Shown here: positions 8,326 through 16,176 of the stretch, in pieces
How positions within the stretch are numbered: position 1 is the stretch's first letter
Layout: every line of letters starts with the position of its first letter
From: Patescibacteria group bacterium
GTDB taxonomy: Bacteria > Patescibacteriota > Microgenomatia > UBA8517
NCBI GenBank assembly: GCA_022868165.1
Contig: JALHYA010000004.1
Location: 16,457 to 80,456, forward strand
DNA length: 64,000 bases
Reading direction: 5' to 3'
Program-made: the position numbers and the translations under genes
The notes under the pieces: model-generated
Seen by the model: only the letters and a program-made list of their open reading frames with translations
The model's database searches: none
What the model was told of the DNA's origin: nothing

Positions 8326-9423
8326 ATGGAACAACACGCCATACCGCAACAAATATCTTCCTACCAATTCCGGTTGGTGGGAGATATGACCCTCAAGCAG
8401 TTCTTTCAGCTTGCAGGGGGAGCTTTGGTTGCACTTCTTTTCTATGCCGCCCCTCTTCCCGGCTATGTTAAATGGCCTTTTATAATTGTTTCGGCTCTTT
8501 TGGGGGCTGCTCTGGCATTTTTGCCTTTTGAAGAAAGACCGCTGGAGCGATGGATTATTGCTTTCTTTAGAGCCGCCTACTCCCCCACAAGCTTTGTCTG
8601 GCAAGAAACAAAAGCCACGCCCGTGTTTTATCGAGAAGAGGCCAAGGCTCCCACGGAAAAGATAATTGCCCCCGGCGGAGAAGCCGCCTTAAATGCATAT
8701 CTTGCCGCAACTGCCCAACCCCAAGGATTTTTGGGAAAACTAGAACTGGGGGAAAGTGGATTTCTGTCTAAGCTCGGCAAGCTTTTTGGGGCACCCGCGC
8801 CGGTTTCCGCACCGACGGTTGCTGTTCAACCTAGTGTTCCCGTTGCCCCAAGCCCAGCTCCCCTTCCCGCAACCGTGCTGGTTGCCAGACCCCAACAACA
8901 AATTGGGGTAAAGATTCCTACAACTCAATATATTAGAGTTGTTCCTTCGGCAAAACCAAAAATGGTTGTCGAGGAAAAACTAGCCGGCGGTAAGCCAATA
9001 ACCGAAAGGCTGCTTGATATTCAACCCATGGCCGGCCGGGGTTTTGCTCCCGGCGGGAAAGCGGCGCAGTTTTCTCCCGAGGCGGCCCCACCCATTCCGC
9101 CGACCACCCCAAACACCATTGTCGGTCAGGTCCTTGATTCTTCCGGCCGAATTATCGAAGGTGCAATTTTGGAAATTCGCGATGCCGCCGGTCGCCCCGT
9201 ACGAGCTCTTAAAAGCAACAAGGTCGGCCACTTTGTCGTTGTCACCCCATTGCAAAACGGCCGATACGAAATTATTACGGAAAAAGACGGATTTAGTTTT
9301 GACCCTGCAACCTTTGAAGCAACGGGAGAAATAATTCCGCCGATTGCCATTCGCGCCAGAATCAACATCGTCGCCGCCGAACTGCCAACAATCAGCAATC
9401 AGCAATCAACAATCGGCCAATGA
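8326..9423 (+). CDS. PrgI/VirB3-like membrane protein with C-terminal carboxypeptidase-regulatory-like beta-sandwich
   Basis: The N-terminus (IPQQISSYQFRLVGDMTLKQFFQLAGGALVALLFY...PFEERPLERWIIAFFR) has the PrgI-type two-TM layout. The C-terminus IVGQVLDSSGRIIEGAILEIRDAAGRPV...NGRYEIITEKDGF resembles a CarboxypepD_reg fold. Confidence 0.55.
   Translation: MEQHAIPQQISSYQFRLVGDMTLKQFFQLAGGALVALLFYAAPLPGYVKWPFIIVSALLGAALAFLPFEERPLERWIIAFFRAAYSPTSFVWQETKATPVFYREEAKAPTEKIIAPGGEAALNAYLAATAQPQGFLGKLELGESGFLSKLGKLFGAPAPVSAPTVAVQPSVPVAPSPAPLPATVLVARPQQQIGVKIPTTQYIRVVPSAKPKMVVEEKLAGGKPITERLLDIQPMAGRGFAPGGKAAQFSPEAAPPIPPTTPNTIVGQVLDSSGRIIEGAILEIRDAAGRPVRALKSNKVGHFVVVTPLQNGRYEIITEKDGFSFDPATFEATGEIIPPIAIRARINIVAAELPTISNQQSTIGQ
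9389..9416 (+). repeat. tandem heptamer repeat CAATCAG x4 at the CDS junction
   Basis: The units read caatcag|caatcag|caatcaa|caatcgg, flanked by degenerate units ctgccaa and ccaatga. The array ends in the ATGA stop/start overlap at 9420-9423. Confidence 0.85.
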
Positions 9424-10079
9424 AAATCCCTATAATATCAACTCCCGACAAACCCTTGACCGCTTCCAGCCAAGAATTTCTTCCAATTGCGGACATAACC
9501 GACGATATTGTTCTTTATCGGGACGGCGGAGCTGCTTTGATCATGGAGTCCACTTCTCTCAATTTCAGTCTACTCTCTGAAAAGGAACAGGAGGCCGTCA
9601 TTGCTGCCTACGCCGCTTTAATCAACTCCCTTTCCTTTGCGGTCCAGATTGTCGTCAGAACCAAAAGAAAAGATATTACAAGCTATATAAATTATATTGA
9701 CGAAAATGCTCAAAAAATTAGAAATCCTAAATTGGCACAACTGATGCAAGGTTATAAAGCCTTCATTATGGAATCCGTTAAAAAGAAAAATGTCTTGGGC
9801 AAAAAATTTTATATTGTAATTCCGTTTAGCCAACTTGAGCTGGGAGTAACAAAGGCGCTTTTTTCTTCAACCCGCAGAAAAGGTCCTCTTCCTTTCCCCA
9901 AAAGTTACGTTGTCAAAAAAGCCAAGGTGGTTCTTTATCCCAGACGCGACCATTTAATTCGGCAGACAGGACGGCTGGGCATTCGCTTAAAGCAACTCAC
10001 CACCAACGAATTAATTGAACTTTTTTACAGCGTTTTTAATCCTGAAATTCCGACTGTCAAAAAGGAGGAAACCCAATGA
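9420..10079 (+). CDS. T4SS-associated protein resembling the P-loop-less N-terminal domain of VirB4/TraC-type ATPases
   Basis: 219 aa. FLPIADITDDIVLYRDGGAALIMESTSLNFSLLSEKEQEAVIAAYAALINSL has the pattern seen at conjugative ATPase N-termini. ATGA overlaps couple it to both neighbours. Confidence 0.45.
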   Translation: MKIPIISTPDKPLTASSQEFLPIADITDDIVLYRDGGAALIMESTSLNFSLLSEKEQEAVIAAYAALINSLSFAVQIVVRTKRKDITSYINYIDENAQKIRNPKLAQLMQGYKAFIMESVKKKNVLGKKFYIVIPFSQLELGVTKALFSSTRRKGPLPFPKSYVVKKAKVVLYPRRDHLIRQTGRLGIRLKQLTTNELIELFYSVFNPEIPTVKKEETQ

Positions 10080-11803
10080 AGCCCAAAATCCCGAGCGTGC
10101 AGCTTTCGATTGCCCAAAAGCAAAATCTTTTGGATATTATCGCTCCCCAATCTCTCGATATTGATTTCGACTATATAACCCTAAACGGCGTTTTCTTTAG
10201 AACCATTTTTATTGCCGGCTATCCCAGATTTGTTGCTCCGGGCTGGCTCGAGCCGATCGTCAATTTCAACAACTCCCTGGATATTTCCTTCTCTATTTAC
10301 CCGGTCGAGGGTAAAACGGTCCTTGATGATTTACGAAGAAAAATTGCCGAGATGGAGGCCGAAATCGGAACCGACTTGGAAAGAGGAAAAATCGTTGACC
10401 CCTCAACACAGGCAAAACTTGAGGATGCAAGAAACCTGCAGGAACAACTTGTAAAGGGCGCAGAGCGTTTTTATCAGTTTTCTTTCTACATAACAATTCC
10501 GGCTCCGACACTTGAGGAGCTCAATCACATAACCCACCAGGTTGAATCAACTCTCGGTTCGCTCTTGATTGTTTCCAAGCATGCAATTTTGGACATGGAT
10601 TCGGGTTTCCTATCGACTGCCCCCTTTGGTTTAGACAAGCTGGCAATAACAAGAAACATGGACACAACTTCACTTTCCACAACTTTTCCGCTAACAAGCG
10701 CCGAGCTTTCCAGCGACCGCGGAGTCTTGTATGGAATTAATTCCAAAAACGAATCTTTTATTATTTTCGACCGCTTTTCAATGGAAAACAGCAACATGAC
10801 GATTTTCGCTACTTCGGGTGCGGGAAAATCCTACTTCGTAAAACTTGAGGCCTTAAGAAGTCTAATGCTGGGAACGGAAATAATCGTTCTGGACCCGGAA
10901 AGCGAATACAAAAGCCTTTGCGATGCTGTTGGGGGACAATTTATAACTTTTTCTTTCAACTCTCCTTCAAAAATAAATCCGTTTGACCTTTCGCAAATTT
11001 ATGAGGAAGGAGAAAATCAACTGGGACTAAAAATTCTTTCTCTCCACTCTCTATTTAAGGTAATCATGGGCCAGATTACTCCCATACAAGAAGCTCTTTT
11101 GGATAGGTCGTTGGTTGCGACCTACCGGGCCAAGGGAATAACCCAAGACCCTACAACACAGAAAAAAGAGCCGCCTTTAATGGAAGACCTTTATAAAATG
11201 CTTGTGGGAATGGAAACTCCCGAGGCTTTGGACTTGGCCGCAAGGATTGAAAAATTCGTCAGAGGCTCTTTTGTGGGAATCTTTGACAGGCAAACAAATG
11301 TCGATTTGAATAATCCGTTCACCGTTTTTTCTGTCAAAGACCTTCAGGATGTTCTGCGCCCAATCGCAATGTTTGTAATCCTCGATTATGTTTGGACAAG
11401 AGTCAAAAAGGATATTAAAAAGAGGCTTTTAATTGTAGATGAGGCCTGGCACATGATGAAATACCCGGACTCTGCACAATTTTTGTGGTCGGTGGTCAAA
11501 AGGGCCAGAAAATATTATTTGGGTCTTACAACTATCACCCAAGACGTAGAAGACTTTTTGGGTCAGGATATCGGAAAGGCGATAGTTACCAACTCCGCTT
11601 TGCAGCTTCTTCTTAAACAATCGCCTGCGGCTATAGATAAAATTGCCGAAGTTTTTTATTTGTCGCAGGGAGAAAGACAGCTTCTCTTGGCCGCCAACAT
11701 CGGTGAGGGAATCTTCTTTGCCGGTCCTCACCACGCTCCCATTAGGATTGTTGCCTCGGATGCGGAACATAAACTAATATCCACCAAACCCTTAGCAACA
11801 TGA
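10076..11803 (+). CDS. VirB4/TrbE-like type IV secretion ATPase
   Basis: 575 aa with Walker A (FATSGAGKSYF), Walker B (LLIVDEAWHMM), and LGLTTITQDVEDF. Confidence 0.8.
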   Translation: MKPKIPSVQLSIAQKQNLLDIIAPQSLDIDFDYITLNGVFFRTIFIAGYPRFVAPGWLEPIVNFNNSLDISFSIYPVEGKTVLDDLRRKIAEMEAEIGTDLERGKIVDPSTQAKLEDARNLQEQLVKGAERFYQFSFYITIPAPTLEELNHITHQVESTLGSLLIVSKHAILDMDSGFLSTAPFGLDKLAITRNMDTTSLSTTFPLTSAELSSDRGVLYGINSKNESFIIFDRFSMENSNMTIFATSGAGKSYFVKLEALRSLMLGTEIIVLDPESEYKSLCDAVGGQFITFSFNSPSKINPFDLSQIYEEGENQLGLKILSLHSLFKVIMGQITPIQEALLDRSLVATYRAKGITQDPTTQKKEPPLMEDLYKMLVGMETPEALDLAARIEKFVRGSFVGIFDRQTNVDLNNPFTVFSVKDLQDVLRPIAMFVILDYVWTRVKKDIKKRLLIVDEAWHMMKYPDSAQFLWSVVKRARKYYLGLTTITQDVEDFLGQDIGKAIVTNSALQLLLKQSPAAIDKIAEVFYLSQGERQLLLAANIGEGIFFAGPHHAPIRIVASDAEHKLISTKPLAT

Positions 11804-14163
11804 GCCAAGAAGAAGCTCGAAAACTTTTAGATGCATGGGCGTTTTTCGATAAACATCCCGAAGCCAAAAGCTGGGAAGGAATGCCGCGGCCAGAATTTTA
11901 TCGGCTGGTACAAATCATTGCCGGCACTGACAATTTGGTCGATGCCAAGGAATATTTCGAGGGAGTTGCCGCAGGAACCATAACCGGCGACATGCCGACC
12001 GCACTTCTTGAGGCCCAAAAAGAAGGGCAAGATATTTCCACGCGCCTTTCGACTTCCAAAAGTGCTTCGAGAGTCACAAAGGGTTGGTTGGCCAAATTAA
12101 GCACTAAGAGCGCAGAGGAAGTAGCAGAAAAGCAGGTGGCTGCGGCCCAAGTTCGGGCCGTAGTCGAAAGAGCAGAGGAAGAAACTCCCGCACTCAAAGA
12201 GGTTCCAAAGCCTAAAGCAACCAAGACGGTCGTGCCCTCTTCCGCGGAGACCCCGCCCTCGGCACCGGCCACAACACCGTCTACACCCGTTGAGGAAGGC
12301 CTTAGTATAAAAATTTCCAGCGGGGCATTTGGGTCTTTTGAACAAATGGCCGGAAAAGCGGCAGGAACTCCCCTGGCAATAATTTCTATGTTCTCTCCCC
12401 CCAAGAGCTCGATGACTCCCCAAACAAGCGCCGCTGTTTCGAGCGCCCTAAGTCTTTCCCAAGTAGCACAAAGGGCCGAAAAACTTCCTGAGGCGGACAG
12501 AGAGCACATCTTGTCTTTGGTTAACAATCTTAGAAAGGCCGAGTTTTCTTTTGTCCAACAAACCCGGCTTCTTTCCGTTCGAGAAATCACTATTCTCAGC
12601 GGTTCCGAGTTCGGGATGGACCAGGAAAGCATAGTTGCCCTCCTCGGCGGAGGGCGGGGTATTCCCGAAAGAGGCCCTTCTTTCGTTGCTCGGGTAGGAC
12701 AACAGCTTTTCGGCAGCATCGCCAAAAAGGCGGCAAGCAAGGCAATTGCAGGAGCACTAACCAAAGCAGGAATCTCTGTTGCCGGCAAAGCCGTTGCCGG
12801 AGCCGTAGGTCAGGCCGCAATCCCCATTCCCGGAGTCGGTTTTATTGTCGGCCAAATTATCGACTGGATTGCAAATAAAGCAGTGGATCTGGCCTCCCGT
12901 GTAGCTATCTGGATTAAAGAACACGGAAAAGAAGTTGTCGGGGGTCTTTTGATTGGCGGAGGAATCTTAATCGGCGGGTTTGCCGGATTGGCTGCCGGAA
13001 TTGCTGGCGGAGCAATTGCGCTGGGCGGTTCCGGGCTAAGCACAATCGCATCTGGAATTGGGAGTTTCTTTTCATTTATCTTTACCGGAATAATTCTTCC
13101 TTCAATTGGAATTCCGATATTGGTAGCCCTCTTTGCTGTTCCTGCAGTTATTGTAATTATTCTTTTTATTATCAACTCCAGTGCCTATATTGTCCCTCCT
13201 CGGACGGGATTTATAAGCGGAGAAAATCCTTATATAGGCGTAGAAAAAGTAGCCAGCCCCACGGGGCCCTTTAGCAACGACGACCTTTTCAAAACTCCCC
13301 CGATAGTTGTCGAATATACCATCACAATAACGGCGAAAAAGGGTACTCTGACCAATATAAGTTTTGCTTATGACTGCGAGGTTATAAAAAAGGGCTCGAC
13401 AGAGGACTGCCCTAATGCAAATTTAGTCGACTCGCAAGGGAAAGCAATTACAATTGGGCCGCAAGCAAACTTAAGAATCTCTCCGACCGAGCCCTACAAA
13501 ATTACATATCAAGCCCAGTATTCCGGCGGCCGCTTTCAAGACTCTGCAATTATAGATACCCTGACGGTTACCGCGGACGCGGCAGAACAAAACGGGGCGC
13601 AAGCAAGCGGCGGTGCAGCCGTAATAATCGGAAACCCCCCGACCGGCTGTTTCAGGTTTGATGATTCCTGGCCGGCCAATCTAAAGGCAAATGAGGTTAG
13701 AGCAATTACCGAGCTTACAAGGGCCAGTGTATATATGACAAGACTTTGTGCTGCAGGAGAAATTGTTCTGAAATACGGCGGGAACAACGGCGGTGTCGGC
13801 GGAGATGTTATCGCCGGTCCCAACATTATCACCATCTATTCTGCGGGCGTGCAATATGGACCCACAAGCACCCTCTATACCACAACGCACGAATCGGGCC
13901 ACATCTTTGCAAGAAGATATGGAGGAATTTTTAGACAATATGCGGACACGCCTGGCGTTGGCAATGTTCTTATCTGCACTTATCCTTTCAACAACAGCGT
14001 TGGAGAAAGCTTTCCCGAAATGATAGGTCTTTTTGTGGCCAACAGCCCGGGACATGCCCCAATTAATCTCTTCGGCTGTTTGGGTGGAAGTTTTAAAACC
14101 AAATATCCTGCACACTGGCAGTTTGCGCGAAACGTAATTTTTCAGCAAGACCTGGGGTGGTAA
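11800..14163 (+). CDS. membrane protein with Gly/Ala-rich TM core and C-terminal HExxH (putative zinc peptidase) domain
   Basis: 787 aa. The central region (about aa 330-460) is G/A/I-rich helices. The C-terminal domain carries TTTHESGHIFARRYGG. An ATGA overlap joins it to the VirB4-like gene. Confidence 0.6.
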   Translation: MSQEEARKLLDAWAFFDKHPEAKSWEGMPRPEFYRLVQIIAGTDNLVDAKEYFEGVAAGTITGDMPTALLEAQKEGQDISTRLSTSKSASRVTKGWLAKLSTKSAEEVAEKQVAAAQVRAVVERAEEETPALKEVPKPKATKTVVPSSAETPPSAPATTPSTPVEEGLSIKISSGAFGSFEQMAGKAAGTPLAIISMFSPPKSSMTPQTSAAVSSALSLSQVAQRAEKLPEADREHILSLVNNLRKAEFSFVQQTRLLSVREITILSGSEFGMDQESIVALLGGGRGIPERGPSFVARVGQQLFGSIAKKAASKAIAGALTKAGISVAGKAVAGAVGQAAIPIPGVGFIVGQIIDWIANKAVDLASRVAIWIKEHGKEVVGGLLIGGGILIGGFAGLAAGIAGGAIALGGSGLSTIASGIGSFFSFIFTGIILPSIGIPILVALFAVPAVIVIILFIINSSAYIVPPRTGFISGENPYIGVEKVASPTGPFSNDDLFKTPPIVVEYTITITAKKGTLTNISFAYDCEVIKKGSTEDCPNANLVDSQGKAITIGPQANLRISPTEPYKITYQAQYSGGRFQDSAIIDTLTVTADAAEQNGAQASGGAAVIIGNPPTGCFRFDDSWPANLKANEVRAITELTRASVYMTRLCAAGEIVLKYGGNNGGVGGDVIAGPNIITIYSAGVQYGPTSTLYTTTHESGHIFARRYGGIFRQYADTPGVGNVLICTYPFNNSVGESFPEMIGLFVANSPGHAPINLFGCLGGSFKTKYPAHWQFARNVIFQQDLGW

Positions 14164-14164
14164 A

Positions 14165-14737
14165 ATGTTTCGGATGAATAAAAAAATCGTTGTTGTTGGA
14201 ATAATTATTTTTATCTTGCTTTTTGGAGCAATTTTCCTTCTTGGTGCGGGACGTAAAAAAACGCCCACTCCTGTTCCAACTACAACCTCGGGGGTTTCCT
14301 GGCAAGGCCTCGTCGCCGGCAAGAGCACAAAGGACCAGGTCAATGGTGTACTGGGAAACCCTCTCAGTGAAACTTCCTCGGGAAATCAAACTACAAACAC
14401 ATATTCTTCCTTAAGCGAAACCCGACCCAACAGTGCCGTTTTTGACAACAACTCCAATACCGCACTGTTTTTAAGGCAAATCGTTTCCGCTAAAGATACC
14501 AAAACAACAAAAGACATTGTGGATGTGTATGGGGAAACAAACACAAAGCTTTACGGCCTTGATTGGATAAACGGGATTTACCTTTTTGTTTATCTGGACA
14601 AGGGGATTGCATATCTTGCAAACCCGGACAGCAACACCCTATTTGAAGTCTGGTATTTTCCTCCCACAACGCTCGACAATTTCCTAAAGACTTGGGCAAC
14701 CGATTATTCAACTCAACCCAAAAACCAACCCTTCTAG
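14165..14737 (+). CDS. membrane-anchored hypothetical protein
   Basis: 190 aa with an N-terminal TM helix (IVVVGIIIFILLFGAIFLLGA). It starts 2 nt after the preceding stop. Confidence 0.65.
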   Translation: MFRMNKKIVVVGIIIFILLFGAIFLLGAGRKKTPTPVPTTTSGVSWQGLVAGKSTKDQVNGVLGNPLSETSSGNQTTNTYSSLSETRPNSAVFDNNSNTALFLRQIVSAKDTKTTKDIVDVYGETNTKLYGLDWINGIYLFVYLDKGIAYLANPDSNTLFEVWYFPPTTLDNFLKTWATDYSTQPKNQPF

Positions 14738-15852
14738 CCCTGAAGTCTAACCGGCATTATAAGGTGAAGATAGTTGGGGTCTGTGGCTTCCTGAAACACT
14801 CCAGGAGCGGTGGCGGATGAGAAAGTTAGCGTTATGGCATCTCCTACGGCTGACTGCAAGAATTCTTCAACAAATCGATAATTGAATGCAATTTCAAATC
14901 CCTTACTTTCGCCCTCGACCTTTGCATCAACTACCGCCTTCTGGCTTCCGGTTTGGTTACTTTCGGCGCTTAACGAAAGTCCCCCTTTTGAAGTAGCAAA
15001 TCGAATTATGTTTGCCGAGTCTCTGGCAAAAACCGAGGATGTTTTGACCGCCCTTAAAAGTTCCTCTTTGTCCACTCCGACTTTTACTTGTCCTCCTTTG
15101 GGGATTATTTTTTCAAAATCGGGAAAGTCCCCTTCCAAAATTCTTGTCGAAAAAACACAATCCCCCACTTCAAAAACCACCTGACTGTCTTTTTCTTTAT
15201 AGGAAAGGGAGATCTCTTCTGCCTCCGCCGAAAGCCTGGAAATTTCTCCCAAAGCGCTTTTCGGCAAAATAATCTTTTGCGGCTTTCCTCCCCCACCCAA
15301 AGAAATCTTCTTTTGGGAAAGCCTAAACCCGTCGGTTGCAACCATTGTCAAGAATCCTTTCTGAAAAAGAAAAAGAACCCCCGTAAGAATGGGCCTTGTC
15401 TCGTCTACTGATGCCGAAAAAACAACCTGAGAAAGGGCCCGGGAAAATTCTTCTTTGGGTAGAAGTATTGAGTTTTGTTTATCTACGCTCTGAGGAATTG
15501 AAGGAAAGTCCCCGGCGTTCATTCCGGAAATGTTGCTTTCAAAACCCTGTGCCGAAATTTGAATTTTTTCTTTTTCTACGGATAATTCAATTTGTCCCGG
15601 AGGAAGATTGGCTACAAGTTCCGAGATAACCCTTGCCGGTACTGTAATTTCTCCCTCTTTTTGTACCTGTGCCCCTATGGAAATTGCAACCGAAATTTCT
15701 AAATTTGTTGCCAAAATGGAAAGTTTTGTCTTCTTTGCCGAAAGAAAGATATTTCCCAAGACAGGAAGTTGGGCTTTGCTGGAAGTAAATCTTAAGGCCG
15801 TATTAAGGGCTTTGGATAAGTTCTCCTGAAGAACAGTAAGTTTCATTTCCAT
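14734..15852 (-). CDS. dnaN: DNA polymerase III beta sliding clamp
   Basis: 372 aa starting MKLTVLQENLSKALN, with clamp-like three-domain length. It lies directly downstream of dnaA. Confidence 0.9.
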   Translation of the reverse strand: MEMKLTVLQENLSKALNTALRFTSSKAQLPVLGNIFLSAKKTKLSILATNLEISVAISIGAQVQKEGEITVPARVISELVANLPPGQIELSVEKEKIQISAQGFESNISGMNAGDFPSIPQSVDKQNSILLPKEEFSRALSQVVFSASVDETRPILTGVLFLFQKGFLTMVATDGFRLSQKKISLGGGGKPQKIILPKSALGEISRLSAEAEEISLSYKEKDSQVVFEVGDCVFSTRILEGDFPDFEKIIPKGGQVKVGVDKEELLRAVKTSSVFARDSANIIRFATSKGGLSLSAESNQTGSQKAVVDAKVEGESKGFEIAFNYRFVEEFLQSAVGDAITLTFSSATAPGVFQEATDPNYLHLIMPVRLQG

Positions 15853-15893
15853 GAGTATATAAAAAGGTTCTCAAAACACAAGTCGTACTTTTG

Positions 15894-16006
15894 ATTATGA
15901 CAGCATTCAAAAAACCGTGAGTGCAAGCTCTCAAATGAATTGAATGCTGACATGTCATCCTTCAAAACAAAAAAGCCTCAACTGTAAGATCGTAGAAGGA
16001 TGTCAT
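15894..16006 (-). repeat. promoter-proximal structured repeat, copy a (upstream of dnaN)
   Basis: The minus strand reads atgacatccttc-N33-gaaggatgacat-gtcagcattcaattcat-hairpin-tttttt-gaatgctgtcataat. It is collinear with the copies at 17887 and 47742. Confidence 0.75.
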
Positions 16007-16033
16007 TAAAATAGTCGTGATAGTAGTAGGTGA

Positions 16034-16131
16034 AGTTGATAAGTGGAAATTTTGACATATATGAATTTAAGTTTCGGGACAAATTCGTGTTGACATCAAA
16101 TATATCAATTTGTGGATTCTTTTGTGGATAG
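16034..16131 (-). promoter_or_regulatory. candidate DnaA boxes in the dnaA-dnaN spacer
   Basis: The minus strand reads TTATCAACT (16034-16042), GAATCCACA (16111-16119) and CTATCCACA (16123-16131), against the consensus TTATCCACA. An A/T-rich stretch lies at 16055-16110. Confidence 0.5.
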
Positions 16132-16176
16132 TTTTGAGGCGAGTGTTGATATGTTGGTGCTTTTTGCCAACTATCC

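Noticed and set aside
11898-12788. A 296-aa antisense ORF inside the 787-aa T4SS-cluster gene, with overlapping shorter antisense ORFs at 12097-12820.
   Set aside because: It lies entirely opposite a GC-rich Ala/Pro/Ser-rich coding stretch where stop codons are rare on the opposite strand. Its low-complexity composition marks it as a compositional artefact.
13681-14343. A 220-aa minus-strand ORF spanning the end of the 787-aa gene and the start of 14165..14737.
   Set aside because: It overlaps two well-supported plus-strand genes that are 2 nt apart. It has no independent support.
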